This document shows, piece after piece, positions 1-10,290 of a DNA stretch of 64,000 nucleotides. Position numbers and translations under genes: made by a program. This DNA comes from Elusimicrobiota bacterium (GTDB lineage Bacteria > Elusimicrobiota > Elusimicrobia > F11), in NCBI GenBank assembly GCA_044221725.1, contig JBGAON010000002.1:1-64000 (forward strand), in the 5' to 3' direction. A model generated the notes under the pieces. The model ran no database searches, was not told the DNA's origin, and saw nothing but the letters and a program-made list of their open reading frames with translations. Position 1 is the stretch's first letter, and each line of letters begins with the position of its first letter.

Positions 1-45
1 TTTCTTCTTGATGCGTATACCTGGATTTTTTACTGTCATCTTCAC
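1..45 (-). CDS. 5' end of a gene running off the left edge (MKMTVKNPGIRIKKK...), product unknown
   Basis: GTG at 45 preceded by a strong SD (GAAAGGAGG, complement of 52-60); frame is open to the window edge. Confidence 0.55.
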   Translation of the reverse strand, partial: MKMTVKNPGIRIKKK

Positions 46-154
46 CTGTGGCCTCCTTTCGGCTCTATGATTTCTCGTCGAAACCATTAAAGCGTCTGTG
101 AGGTCATGGGTCAAATTTCAACTGAATTTAGGAAACCGCCAAGTAACGGCGTTT

Positions 155-652
155 CTAATTTACTTTCTTCTTTGGTTGTCTGCTGGCGAGGCTCTTTGGT
201 TTCGGTTGCGACCAGACGGGCACAATCCGGAAATTGTATTTGCCGACCTCAACGATCTTTTCACGTCCCTTTGCGTCCTTGGAAATGATCTTTCGGTCCA
301 ATGTGAAATCAAAATCTTGGCGGTCGCCGGGTTGCATGATTGCTGCATCCACTGTTTTCATCACCGTGGCGCGCGGATGGCTCTGTTTAATCGCACCAAT
401 TTCGATTTTTAATTTTACGTTCTTTGCTGGTTTGGCGCCGTTGTTGTAAAGCTGTCCCTCGACGCAGATCTGTTCCGCGTCGCACTCCTCAAGAACTTCT
501 TGGTTCTCAACAATGATGTTCGCCTCGGTTGCTGGCCGGGTTGGGATTGCTTTGACAGCGTCCTGGGATGGTTCCGCGAAAAGCGGAGAAACAACGCCTA
601 TATATAGGAGGAACATAACGAAAATTGAGTTTGCCTGGTAAATTCGGCGCAT
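155..652 (-). CDS. Secreted/membrane-anchored hypothetical protein with a beta-sandwich (FxLYD-like) domain
   Basis: Hydrophobic N-terminus after the ATG at 652; 'VEGQLYNNGAKPAKNVKLKIEI' segment. The longer ORF start would overlap the divergent response regulator. Confidence 0.6.
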   Translation of the reverse strand: MRRIYQANSIFVMFLLYIGVVSPLFAEPSQDAVKAIPTRPATEANIIVENQEVLEECDAEQICVEGQLYNNGAKPAKNVKLKIEIGAIKQSHPRATVMKTVDAAIMQPGDRQDFDFTLDRKIISKDAKGREKIVEVGKYNFRIVPVWSQPKPKSLASRQPKKKVN

Positions 653-674
653 ATCCGTTACATTTTTAGCACGT

Positions 675-1046
675 ATGGGACGAATATTAATCGCGGATGA
701 CGAGCAATACATTCTCGAAGTGATGATGGACATTTTAGAAGCGGCCGGCCACGAGGTGGTGGGCGTGAAAGACGGAGAGGAGGCGCTTTTCAATCTGCAG
801 TCGAGCGCCTTTGATCTTGCGCTGATCGATGTGATGATGCCGAAACTCGACGGCTACCATTTGGCGCAAGCCATTCATGGTCTGATGGATCCTCCGATTA
901 TCGTAATTGTGACATCTCGAGACTTTGAAGGGGACCGCCAGGTGCTGATGGCCGCTGGCGCGAAAGCGTTTTTACCAAAACCTTTTGTTAACCGCGATCT
1001 CATCGAAATGGTGGCAAAACTACTCGCCGAAAAAAAGAGAAAATAG
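675..1046 (+). CDS. Single-domain response regulator (CheY-like receiver)
   Basis: ILIADDE, LIDVMMPKLDG (phospho-Asp), VTS and FLPKPF motifs. Confidence 0.95.
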   Translation: MGRILIADDEQYILEVMMDILEAAGHEVVGVKDGEEALFNLQSSAFDLALIDVMMPKLDGYHLAQAIHGLMDPPIIVIVTSRDFEGDRQVLMAAGAKAFLPKPFVNRDLIEMVAKLLAEKKRK

Positions 1047-1050
1047 TCGC

Positions 1051-1452
1051 ATGCGTTTATTTCTGGTCGTTCCTTTTATTGCGGCGCTCGCCGCCACCTC
1101 GGTTGTCCATGCCGAGGATCTTCCGAAAGTTCAAGAAGGGTTTGGTTCGTTGAAGGTAAAGTCGAGCGCTCCTGTGCCCGATGAGGTGACCGAAACTCAA
1201 GGGCACGCATTATCGCGGGAAGCGGCGATTGTGCGCGGACAAACAGCGCTCCTTACTTATATTCTTCAGAAAAAAACGCATTCCAAGAAAACGTTGTCCG
1301 AAGCCGAAATTCCATCGAACGAACTGCAAGATCACATTCGCGGTTATGTAAAAGGCGCGCGTCCGGTCAAAACCGAGTGGATAAAAAAAGTGTGCTACGT
1401 GACGCTGGTATTGGATAAATCGGAATTGAGGTCCATTTTAAGGAAGAATTGA
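1051..1452 (+). CDS. Secreted hypothetical protein (LPP20-like)
   Basis: Signal peptide MRLFLVVPFIAALAATSVVHA; 'ALSREAAIVRG...IRGYVKGA' pattern. Confidence 0.55.
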   Translation: MRLFLVVPFIAALAATSVVHAEDLPKVQEGFGSLKVKSSAPVPDEVTETQGHALSREAAIVRGQTALLTYILQKKTHSKKTLSEAEIPSNELQDHIRGYVKGARPVKTEWIKKVCYVTLVLDKSELRSILRKN

Positions 1453-2129
1453 TTCTGCGTCCCTTCTCCACATTCGTTGTTGGTCTCGCAATTTTTGCAA
1501 TCGCTGCCGCCTCAACTTCAATCGCTGCTGAGTCATCTCACCGTCGTCTTTCCGCTTACAATACATTCGCGCTCGACATTCCGTTCGATGGCGGTGCCAT
1601 GGTCACGTACTCACGGTTTTATCGGCTCGCGCGGTATTTCGATGCCGGCTTTGTTGCATCCGGTGGGCGTATCGATCGAGAGTTTGATTTGAAAGATGAT
1701 GCCAGTGGCGTTACGTTCAAGACGAAAACAAAAGCCTGGGTGTTGCCGCTAATTGGTCCGGTCGTCTCGGTGCACAATGAATGGATTGGTATCTCGCTCG
1801 GATACGCGGCGTTTTGGGCCGATACGGATATCACGATGCAAAACGATCTGGTGGGAACGTTAACGGGAAAGAAAAAGGCGTGGGGATCGGGAATCTACTC
1901 ACCGCTGTTGGTTCTCGATGTCTACGACCGCACGCACGACCTGGTGTTTGGTGTGGGACTCGGCGGATATTTTGGAACAAATTATCCCAATCTCGAGGCC
2001 ACCGCTCCCGGCGTAAAGGTTTCAACGGATGCTTCGCCGATCGATACGCTGACGTTTCACGTCCGCGTGTTGTGGGACGACAAACGCAAACCGCGCGAAC
2101 AACGGGAAAAGAAAGAAGAAGAGTTTTAG
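1449..2129 (+). CDS. Secreted protein, probable outer-membrane beta-barrel
   Basis: Signal peptide; alternating amphipathic beta-strand pattern rich in G/Y/F; start overlaps the upstream stop. Confidence 0.55.
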   Translation: MILRPFSTFVVGLAIFAIAAASTSIAAESSHRRLSAYNTFALDIPFDGGAMVTYSRFYRLARYFDAGFVASGGRIDREFDLKDDASGVTFKTKTKAWVLPLIGPVVSVHNEWIGISLGYAAFWADTDITMQNDLVGTLTGKKKAWGSGIYSPLLVLDVYDRTHDLVFGVGLGGYFGTNYPNLEATAPGVKVSTDASPIDTLTFHVRVLWDDKRKPREQREKKEEEF

Positions 2130-2720
2130 TTAGCGATGGGCCGCTTCGTAGGCGGAGATTTTGGATTCCTGCTGCAGCGTTAATCCAATATCGTCCAATC
2201 CGTTCAGCAAGCAATGGCGGCGAAATTCGTTTACTTCAAACGGAATCGTTCGGCCTGAGGGTGTGGTGATTGTTTGCTTTTCCAGATCGATGGCCAACTC
2301 GTAGCCGGGTGTGGCGCGCACTTCTTTGAACACATCATCAATGGTCGCCGCCGGCAAAACGATCGGCAAAATGCCGTTCTTGAAGCAGTTGTTGTAAAAA
2401 ATGTCCGCGAACGACGGTGCGAGAATCGCTTGGAATCCGTATTCGAGAATAGCCCACGGCGCATGCTCACGTGAACTGCCACAACCGAAGTTATCGCGGG
2501 TCACAAGAATGTTGGCGCCTTTGTAGCGATGATGATTCATTTCAAAGTCCGGGTTGTTGATCTTTCCGTTGTTCAGATAGCGCCAATCAAAAAATAGAAA
2601 CTCTCCAAAGCCGGTTCGTTCCACGCGCTTGAGAAACTGTTTCGGAATAATCTGGTCGGTGTCCACGTGTTGCGCGTCGAGCGGTGCTACGATGCCTTTC
2701 AATTTTTTAAACGGTTGCAT
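2130..2720 (-). CDS. leuD: 3-isopropylmalate dehydratase small subunit
   Basis: [38 protein letters not shown]. Confidence 0.98.
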   Translation of the reverse strand: MQPFKKLKGIVAPLDAQHVDTDQIIPKQFLKRVERTGFGEFLFFDWRYLNNGKINNPDFEMNHHRYKGANILVTRDNFGCGSSREHAPWAILEYGFQAILAPSFADIFYNNCFKNGILPIVLPAATIDDVFKEVRATPGYELAIDLEKQTITTPSGRTIPFEVNEFRRHCLLNGLDDIGLTLQQESKISAYEAAHR

Positions 2721-2734
2721 GAGTTTTCCTTGTT

Positions 2735-2813
2735 CGTCGCCCTGGAATATCTCTATTCAGGGCCCATTTTAAATGGATCCGGCTAACGACGTGCCAGGAT
2801 GATGCCTGACGGC
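2735..2813 (-). repeat. Palindromic REP/RPE-like element, copy 1 (leuC-leuD intergenic)
   Basis: Reverse complement gccgtcaggcatcatcctggcacgtcgttagccggatcc...tgggccctgaatagagatattccagggcgacg aligns with 6601-6692; two hairpins. Confidence 0.8.
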
Positions 2814-2814
2814 G

Positions 2815-4224
2815 TCATTTGTAGTCCCAGCTTCGAATGTCCGTGAACGCGCCTTTGATGGCGGCCGCGGCGGCCATGGCGGGGCTCACCAAATGCGTGC
2901 GGCCACCTCGCCCTTGGCGTCCTTCAAAATTGCGATTGCTGGTCGAAGCGCAGCGTTCGCCGGGTTGCAGAATGTCGTCGTTCATCGCCAAGCACATACT
3001 GCAGCCGGACTCGCGCCATTCGAAACCGGCGTCCTTAAATACTTTATCCAAGCCCTCTTTCTCGGCTTCGGCTTTGACCCATTGCGACCCGGGAACCACC
3101 ATTGCGTGCACACGCGACGCTTTCTTGTGGCCCTTCACAACTTTCGCGGCGGCGCGCAAATCTTCAATGCGGCCGTTCGTGCAGCTACCAATGAACACGC
3201 GGTCGATCGGCAAATCTTTGATCGGTTGGTTCGGTTGAAGCCCCATATAAGCGAGAGCTTTTTCGTAAGTGTGCTTCAAATTCGGATCGGTCACTTTCGC
3301 CGTGTCTGGCGTGCGTCCTTCGATGTTGCAACCCATGCCGGGGCTCGTGCCCCAGGTGACTTGTGGCAAAATTTTGCTCGCGTCAAGTTCGAGCACCGCG
3401 TCGTATTTCGCGCCCGTGTCGCTCTTCAGCGCTTTCCATTTTTCGACGGCCGCATCAAACGCCGCGCCTTTCGGAGCGCGCGGACGGGATTTCACGTACG
3501 CAAACGTTGTTTCATCCGGAGAAATGAGGCCCGCACGCGCTCCCGCTTCGATCGACATGTTGCAAACCGTCATGCGCTGTTCCATCGTGAAATTGCGGAT
3601 CACGTCGCCCGTGTACTCTATTACGTAACCGGTGGCGCCGGCGGTGCCGATCTTGTCGATGATCGCGAGAATGATGTCTTTCGCCGTGATACCGTGCGAC
3701 AACTTCCCGTTGATTCGGACTTCCATCGTTTTCGGTTTGAATTGCTGCAAGCACTGGGTGGCGAGCACATGTTCCACTTCGCTCGTGCCGATACCGAATG
3801 CCAACGCGCCAAACGCGCCGTGCGTGGAAGTGTGGCTGTCGCCGCAAACGATGGTTTGGCCTGGTAACGTGAGGCCCAGTTCGGGGCCAATGATGTGAAC
3901 GACGCCGGAATTTGGATGCGACATATTGAAACATTCGATGCCGAATTCTTTGCAGTTGCGCTCAAGAACTTCAATCGCGCGCTGTGAGTTCGGATCTTTC
4001 ACCGGCACGATGCGGTCGGTGGTCGGAATATTGTGATCCATGGTCGCGAACGTACGCTCGGGTCGGCGAACCTTACGATGGTTGAGCCGCAGTCCGTCAA
4101 ACGCTTGCGCGCTTGTCACCTCGTGAATCAGGTGCAAGTCGATGTAGATAATGGACGCCTTGCCAGGTTCATCGTGAACCAGGTGGTTGTCCCATATTTT
4201 TTCAAGTATGGTTTTGGGTGCCAT
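2815..4224 (-). CDS. leuC: 3-isopropylmalate dehydratase large subunit
   Basis: [44 protein letters not shown]; start taken at ATG 4224 ([11 protein letters not shown]). Confidence 0.98.
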   Translation of the reverse strand: MAPKTILEKIWDNHLVHDEPGKASIIYIDLHLIHEVTSAQAFDGLRLNHRKVRRPERTFATMDHNIPTTDRIVPVKDPNSQRAIEVLERNCKEFGIECFNMSHPNSGVVHIIGPELGLTLPGQTIVCGDSHTSTHGAFGALAFGIGTSEVEHVLATQCLQQFKPKTMEVRINGKLSHGITAKDIILAIIDKIGTAGATGYVIEYTGDVIRNFTMEQRMTVCNMSIEAGARAGLISPDETTFAYVKSRPRAPKGAAFDAAVEKWKALKSDTGAKYDAVLELDASKILPQVTWGTSPGMGCNIEGRTPDTAKVTDPNLKHTYEKALAYMGLQPNQPIKDLPIDRVFIGSCTNGRIEDLRAAAKVVKGHKKASRVHAMVVPGSQWVKAEAEKEGLDKVFKDAGFEWRESGCSMCLAMNDDILQPGERCASTSNRNFEGRQGRGGRTHLVSPAMAAAAAIKGAFTDIRSWDYK

Positions 4225-4277
4225 GGGTGCGGAATTGTACTTGATTTCTCCGACGGAAACCAAGTCTAGCGTTGTCT

Positions 4278-4607
4278 TCAATTTTGGTGCAGTTTCTTCG
4301 ATAGTTTCTTAAACGCTTTGTTAAATTTTTCGATGCCGGCTTTGGCGGCTTTCTGCGCTTGTTCTCCGCCTTTTTCCTTGCTGACTTTTACCACGCGACC
4401 CATGCGGTTCTTGAGTCTTGACGCTTCTTCGCTGTCGCGCGCGGCCTTGAGCGACTTCATGAGGCTCGTGGAAACTTTCTTCACGCTGGATGCGAGTTCT
4501 TGTTCCAAATCTTTGAACTCTTTGCTCGACTTCATTTGCTTGAACGCCTGCATCATTTCACTGCCGAGAGCCTTCAATTCTTCTCCAACGCTACTTTTTT
4601 TTGCCAT
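4278..4607 (-). CDS. Small basic coiled-coil hypothetical protein
   Basis: Lys-rich helical ORF with SD AGGAGG upstream. Confidence 0.7.
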   Translation of the reverse strand: MAKKSSVGEELKALGSEMMQAFKQMKSSKEFKDLEQELASSVKKVSTSLMKSLKAARDSEEASRLKNRMGRVVKVSKEKGGEQAQKAAKAGIEKFNKAFKKLSKKLHQN

Positions 4608-4656
4608 AACGGCCTCCTTCCTGTATTGTGTGCGTACAAATATATCAAAGGAATAA

Positions 4657-6600
4657 ATGGACGATAGTCATTTTGAAAATTTACTGAAGCTCATCGAGCT
4701 CGAACGCGAAGCCGAAAAGGAAGAAAACAAGCGCGAACTCGAAAAATATCCGCTGCAAGTCCGAGAAACCTTAGGGAAAACCGTAACGCGCCTGCACATT
4801 GTGGATCAAGACGTCGGTGTGGGCGGAATTCCATTGTTGGTTCTACGCAGAAATATTCTTGGAAGTTCGACCGCGCGCGGATCCGCGCCGATGAGCATGG
4901 GCGGTCTCTCTCCGTTTCACGCAATGAACCAGGGTGACAACGTGCGCCTCACCTATCCCGCCGGTACGGAACTTAAGCCCGTGGACGGAACGCTTTATGA
5001 TGTGGGGGAATCTCAGGTCACGGTGGCGATCAATGGTTTTGTTCCTGACCCATGGCCCGCCGGCGCGTGTCAGATCGACATGCTCGGTTCCGACGCCACT
5101 TACAAACGCATGCGTCAGGCGCTCAGCCTTGTGCGTCACACAGAAAAACCCGCGCTGAAACGGTTGCGCAGCATTTTTCTTGACAACACGCCGGCCGCGG
5201 CGGACAAAAAAAAATCGTTCGAGATCTTCAACGAAAAGCTAAACGAATTTCAAATCCAAGCGGTGGAAAGTTGTTTGGCCGCCGAAGACGTGGCTCTTGT
5301 TCACGGACCGCCCGGGACGGGGAAAACAACGGTGCTTGTGGAAGTGATGCTGCAAACCGTGAAGCGCGGCGGGCGTGTGCTCGCGTCAGCGCCCAGCAAT
5401 ATTGCGGTCGATAACATGGTTGAAAAACTGCTGCCGTGGAATCTTCGTATTGTACGTATGGGTCACCCCGCTCGAATTTTGGATCCGCTTCGCCACGTAA
5501 CACTCTCGGCCATTATTGAAGAGCATCCGCTCACGGCCGAGATTCATCGCATGGATAACGATCGGCACCGATTGCTCACACAGCTACGCCGCAAACAAGA
5601 ACGCGGGCGCGGATCAACCGCGGAAGACCGGCATGCGATGCAAGCGGAAATCAATCAACTACGTAAAGAGGCCAGCGATATGGAATTCGCGCTGCGCCGG
5701 CAAATTATTCAGGACGCGCAAGTTGTTCTGTGCACGCACGGCGGCGTCGGCGGCGCGCTCAATCGCCAAAAGTTTGATCTCGTCGTGATGGACGAAGCAT
5801 CCCAAGCCACCGAACCCTTGTCATGGATTCCGATCACGCTCGCCAAGAAAGTTGTTTTCGCCGGAGATTCGAATCAATTGCCGCCGACAATTTATTCCAA
5901 AGAAGCGGCCGAGAAGGGACTCTCAACCACGCTGTTTGATCGACTCAAGAAAACGTTGAGCGAAGAATTTCAGACGTTGCTCCGCATTCAATACCGCATG
6001 CACGAATCCATTATGCGGTTCTCGTCCGACAAATTTTACGAAGGGAAATTGCTGGCGGACGAATCGGTGAAGGACCACACGGCCGATGAACTTCCCGGCG
6101 TGGAATCAACTGACATAACGAAAGTGCCCGTGGTATTTATCGATACGGCGGGCACCGGCTACACCGAGAGTTGGAACGAGTTGCTCGAAAGCCGCGAGAA
6201 CGACGGTGAAGCCGGTCTCGCCATTCGGTTGCTGGAGGAATTGCGTCACGCGGGCATTGAAGGAAGCGATATCGCGATTATTGCGCCGTACGTCGCCCAG
6301 GTGAAGAAGTTAAGACTGATGCTGCCAGAGAAAGGCGTCGAGATCGGCAGCATCGACAGCTTTCAGGGCCGCGAGAAGGAGGTTGTTATTCTCTCGCTCG
6401 TTCGCAGCAATGATAACGGTGAAGTCGGATTCCTGAGCGACACACGCCGCATGAACGTGGGCATGACGCGAGCGCGCCGGTTGCTGATTGTGATTGGCGA
6501 CAGCGCAACCATTTCGCGCCATCCGTTTTATGATGATTTCCTTGGCTATGTCGAAAAGATAAAAGCGCACCGGAGCGCATGGGAATGGATCGAAAGTTGA
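4657..6600 (+). CDS. Superfamily 1 helicase, Upf1/IGHMBP2-like (AAA_11/AAA_12)
   Basis: LNEFQ Q-motif, HGPPGTGKT, APSNIAVDN, DEASQA, GDSNQLPP, QYRMH, DSFQGREKE, RRMNVGMTRAR. Confidence 0.95.
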   Translation: MDDSHFENLLKLIELEREAEKEENKRELEKYPLQVRETLGKTVTRLHIVDQDVGVGGIPLLVLRRNILGSSTARGSAPMSMGGLSPFHAMNQGDNVRLTYPAGTELKPVDGTLYDVGESQVTVAINGFVPDPWPAGACQIDMLGSDATYKRMRQALSLVRHTEKPALKRLRSIFLDNTPAAADKKKSFEIFNEKLNEFQIQAVESCLAAEDVALVHGPPGTGKTTVLVEVMLQTVKRGGRVLASAPSNIAVDNMVEKLLPWNLRIVRMGHPARILDPLRHVTLSAIIEEHPLTAEIHRMDNDRHRLLTQLRRKQERGRGSTAEDRHAMQAEINQLRKEASDMEFALRRQIIQDAQVVLCTHGGVGGALNRQKFDLVVMDEASQATEPLSWIPITLAKKVVFAGDSNQLPPTIYSKEAAEKGLSTTLFDRLKKTLSEEFQTLLRIQYRMHESIMRFSSDKFYEGKLLADESVKDHTADELPGVESTDITKVPVVFIDTAGTGYTESWNELLESRENDGEAGLAIRLLEELRHAGIEGSDIAIIAPYVAQVKKLRLMLPEKGVEIGSIDSFQGREKEVVILSLVRSNDNGEVGFLSDTRRMNVGMTRARRLLIVIGDSATISRHPFYDDFLGYVEKIKAHRSAWEWIES

Positions 6601-7877
6601 GCCGTCACGGCCGTCATCCTGGCAGGGTGTTAGCCAGGATCCAATTTTCCGTAAGTAAAGTGGGCCCTGGATTAAGACATTCCAGGGCGACGGTATTATT
6701 GCTTTTGCTGGTGTTACCGCTTTTTGCGGCGGAGCCGGAAGTACTTAGTGTTAATCATGGCACGCCGAAATTTAAACCGGCGGACAGTCGGTTGCCCACG
6801 GTCAGTGACGATGGCCAGGTCGTCGCGTTCGAATCGATGGCGCATCTCTTGCCGGAAGATAAGAACAAAGAGAGCGATATTTATGTTTTGGATCGACGCA
6901 CCGGGAAACTTAAACGAGTCGTAGCACGGGATCCGTCGCGACGAAACGGTGGCCCGGCGGTGCGCGGCGACGGTAACGCGATCGCGTTCCATTCGTATAT
7001 TCGCGTGAACAAAAAGAAAGTCGATATCCCGCAGAGTGCCGATCTTTGCGTCTATGACGCGCGCACGGACACCGTGACCACGCCGCTCACGGCTTTCAAA
7101 GGAACGGAAATCGATGGCGAATCCATTTATCCGCGCTGGAGCGCCGATGGTGATCAATTGCTTTTTGTTTCCAACAGCACGCAACTCGCGCCCCAGTCAA
7201 AAGATGCTATTTCGCAGATTTATTCGTTCAATCTACGCGAGCAAGAACTTACGCTGATCAGCAAGAACGGAGAAAACGATGCATCGAACCGTTTGTGCGG
7301 AAATCCGCGCGTAAGTGCCGACGGCCAAAAGATTGCGTATCTGTCGAACGCCACCAATTTTGCGCCACCGCTCCCGCCATCCGCGCTCGCTTCTCATCTT
7401 TATTATTACGATTGCTCGCTGGGAACCACAACGCGAATCGATGTGTTCGAAAAAGGGTTCGATGCCAACGAATGGTTTGTGGGCGCGTTCGATATGGATG
7501 CCTCGGGAAACACGCTGGTGTTCGAAGCGCGGCACCGTGTGCCGGGAGATCCTGGCAAAACGCTTCGCTCATCGGATTTGTTTCTTTATGACCGCGTGAC
7601 CGACAAGGTTAGTTTGCTCACGACCGGACTGTTCGCGAACAAATCGCATGGGCCATCGTTGAGCGCTGATGGGAATTACATCGCATTTGCGTTGTACGAA
7701 GGAGACGGTGTTGTGATAAATGAGCGCAGCAGCGATCGTTGGCTGAAAGTGGCCGATGGTCATTGTGAGAACTTGGAGATTTCGAAGAACGGTTCGGTTG
7801 TTGTTTTCGATCGTGAGGGGAAAAAAACAAGAGACGTGTATCTCGTAAAGAATCCATTTAAAGAACAAAAAAAATGA
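6579..7877 (+). CDS. Secreted TolB/PD40-like beta-propeller protein
   Basis: Repeated P-x-x-S-x-D-G-x-x-(V/I)-A-F units; hydrophobic signal region. Confidence 0.85.
   Translation: MGMDRKLSRHGRHPGRVLARIQFSVSKVGPGLRHSRATVLLLLLVLPLFAAEPEVLSVNHGTPKFKPADSRLPTVSDDGQVVAFESMAHLLPEDKNKESDIYVLDRRTGKLKRVVARDPSRRNGGPAVRGDGNAIAFHSYIRVNKKKVDIPQSADLCVYDARTDTVTTPLTAFKGTEIDGESIYPRWSADGDQLLFVSNSTQLAPQSKDAISQIYSFNLREQELTLISKNGENDASNRLCGNPRVSADGQKIAYLSNATNFAPPLPPSALASHLYYYDCSLGTTTRIDVFEKGFDANEWFVGAFDMDASGNTLVFEARHRVPGDPGKTLRSSDLFLYDRVTDKVSLLTTGLFANKSHGPSLSADGNYIAFALYEGDGVVINERSSDRWLKVADGHCENLEISKNGSVVVFDREGKKTRDVYLVKNPFKEQKK
6601..6692 (+). repeat. Palindromic REP/RPE-like element, copy 2 (inside the 5' end of the beta-propeller ORF)
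   Basis: Hairpins atcctggc..gccaggat and gccctgga..tccagggc; homologous to 2735-2813. Confidence 0.8.
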
Positions 7878-8803
7878 AACCTGTTATCAAAGTTGAGAAT
7901 TTAGCGAAGACCTACGAGGTCTCCGAGCGCCAAGAAGGGTTTATCGGCTCGGTAAAAGGCTTATTTCACCGGAAGACGCGGAAGGTGGAGGCTGTCAAAT
8001 CCGTTTCGTTCGAAATTCAACCGGGCGAACTGGTGGCGTTCCTCGGGCCGAACGGCGCCGGCAAAACAACGACACTCAAGATGCTGTCCGGATTGTTGTA
8101 TCCGACGGGCGGCTCTATCGATGTTCTCGGCGGAACCCCGTTTGATAAGAAGCCAGAATTTTTGCGGCGTTTCTCGTTCGTGATGGGGCAGCGCCATCAA
8201 CTCTGGTGGGAATTGCCAGCGCTCGACACGTTTCGATTGAACGCCGCGGTTTTTGATTTGAGCAAAGAACGCTACGAGCGGCGCCTGCGCGAGCTCGATG
8301 AGTTGTTGAATCTGAGTCCGCTGTGGAACACGCCGGTTAAAAAAATGTCGCTCGGTCAGCGCATGAAAATGGAACTCGCGTGTTCGTTGCTGCACGAACC
8401 GGAATTGCTGCTGCTCGACGAACCCACGATTGGACTCGATGTCGTCATGCAAAAAACGCTGCGCGACTTTATCGCGCGCATCAACAAAGAGAAGAAGACC
8501 ACGGTTCTGCTCACGAGCCACAACATGGAAGATATCGAAACGCTGTGTCGGCGCGTGATCGTAATTCATCACGGCGTCATCCTTTTTGATGGAGATTTAA
8601 CAGACCTCGTAAACCGCTTCGTGCCCGCCAAGCGCGTGACCGCCGTGGTGGGAGATTCGCTCATGGAATGGGAAATCCCACGCGAAGACATTTCGAAGCG
8701 CGTTGCCGCGATCCTTAAAGAACATCCGGTCAAAGATTTAACCGTCGAAGAAATGCCGCTCGAAGATGTGGTGCGCCGAATTTTTAAAGAAGGTGCGGTC
8801 TAA
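7874..8803 (+). CDS. ABC-2 type exporter ATP-binding subunit
   Basis: GPNGAGKTT, SLGQRMK signature, LLDEPTIGLD, TSH. Confidence 0.95.
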   Translation: MKPVIKVENLAKTYEVSERQEGFIGSVKGLFHRKTRKVEAVKSVSFEIQPGELVAFLGPNGAGKTTTLKMLSGLLYPTGGSIDVLGGTPFDKKPEFLRRFSFVMGQRHQLWWELPALDTFRLNAAVFDLSKERYERRLRELDELLNLSPLWNTPVKKMSLGQRMKMELACSLLHEPELLLLDEPTIGLDVVMQKTLRDFIARINKEKKTTVLLTSHNMEDIETLCRRVIVIHHGVILFDGDLTDLVNRFVPAKRVTAVVGDSLMEWEIPREDISKRVAAILKEHPVKDLTVEEMPLEDVVRRIFKEGAV

Positions 8804-10272
8804 GCTTCGGTTTTTTTGGTCACTTCGTGCCAAATCATTACGTGTTTGGATTCTTTGAGAAATATTGAGCCCACCACGAACGTCACGCTGGCGACGACGA
8901 TTGGATAGTAAAGGCACGCGAAGATGTTGCCGGTTTTGGCGATCACGGAAATGCCGATGAGCGGAAGCAGGCCGCCGAACACGCCGTTACCGATGTGATA
9001 CGGCAACGATAGCGCGGTGTACCGAATCTTCGCGGGAAACGCTTCAACGAGATACGCGGCGATCGGTCCATAAACCATTGTCACGAAGAGAACCTGGATG
9101 AACACGAGAAAAATAAGTTTCCAGGCGATCGGGTTTGTTACGAGGTTTGCAAAACCTTCGTAGGGAAGAACCGGTTGCGCGGGTTGCATGACACCGTCCA
9201 CCAGTGTTTGAGGTGTCAGACTGACGGCACCAGTGACGGGATTTTTTTGCGAGACGGCCGTGACCACGTTTGATCCGGCGGCGGCTTGCATTGCGTGATA
9301 AATTGGGAAATAACAGAACGCGGCCAACAGGCAGCCCGTCATCATGATGTGCTTGCGACCAATGCGGTCTGACAAAGAGCCGAACACAACAAAGAACGGC
9401 ATTCCCATGAGCAGCGCGATCGCGATGATGTAATTGGCGGATGTTACGTTGACCTTGAGAATTGTTTGCAGATAAAACAGCGCAAAGAATTGGCCGGTGT
9501 ACCACACAACGCCTTGTCCGGCGGTGGCACCGAAAAGAGAAATCAATACGATCTTCAGATTTTTCCAGTGCGTGAACGCTTCGACCAGAGGTTTGCTTGA
9601 TGTCATGCCGGACCCTTTGATGTGTTGAAAGATCGGCGACTCTTTCATGCGCAGGCGCATATAAAGCGAGATTCCCACCAACAACATCGACAGCAAGAAC
9701 GGAACGCGCCAACCCCAGGCCGCAAACGCTTCTTTGCTCATCACGTTCTGTACGCTGAGGATAACAGCCAACGAAACAAAAAGTCCCAGCGTGGCCGTAA
9801 TCTGAATGAAGCTCGTGTAAAAGCCGCGCTTCTCGTCCGGAACATGTTCGGCGACGTATACCGCGGCGCCGCCATATTCACCGCCGAGCGCAAGCCCCTG
9901 CAACACACGGATGACCAGAAGAGCGATCGGTGCTGCGATTCCGATGGTCGCGTACGTGGGGAGAAATCCAATGACCGCCGTGGCGCCCCCCATAATCAGC
10001 AGTGTGACAAGGAATGCGTATTTTCGACCGACAATGTCGCCCACGCGTCCGAACACGAGCGCACCAAACGGACGCACAACAAATCCCACAGCAAACGTCG
10101 ACAGATACGCGATGAGCGCCAGCGTGTCGTTGCCCTTCGGATAAAAAAGCGGTGCGATGACGGCGGCCAGGCTGCCGAAAATATAAAAGTCGTACCACTC
10201 GATCATGGTTCCGACCGCGGACGCGGCGATGACCTGCCAGACGTTGGTGTCTTGCGGTTTGTGCGCGTTCAT
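8800..10272 (-). CDS. MFS transporter, metabolite:H+ symporter (MHS) family
   Basis: GTMIEWYDFYIFG, RPFGALVFGRVGDIVGRK, GGEYGGA. Confidence 0.93.
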   Translation of the reverse strand: MNAHKPQDTNVWQVIAASAVGTMIEWYDFYIFGSLAAVIAPLFYPKGNDTLALIAYLSTFAVGFVVRPFGALVFGRVGDIVGRKYAFLVTLLIMGGATAVIGFLPTYATIGIAAPIALLVIRVLQGLALGGEYGGAAVYVAEHVPDEKRGFYTSFIQITATLGLFVSLAVILSVQNVMSKEAFAAWGWRVPFLLSMLLVGISLYMRLRMKESPIFQHIKGSGMTSSKPLVEAFTHWKNLKIVLISLFGATAGQGVVWYTGQFFALFYLQTILKVNVTSANYIIAIALLMGMPFFVVFGSLSDRIGRKHIMMTGCLLAAFCYFPIYHAMQAAAGSNVVTAVSQKNPVTGAVSLTPQTLVDGVMQPAQPVLPYEGFANLVTNPIAWKLIFLVFIQVLFVTMVYGPIAAYLVEAFPAKIRYTALSLPYHIGNGVFGGLLPLIGISVIAKTGNIFACLYYPIVVASVTFVVGSIFLKESKHVMIWHEVTKKTEA

Positions 10273-10290
10273 GGGGCACCTCGCTTGTAG

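Noticed and set aside
4657..6600. Upf1-like helicase as part of a defence system
   Set aside because: No nuclease partner or accessory context; host-like composition among housekeeping genes
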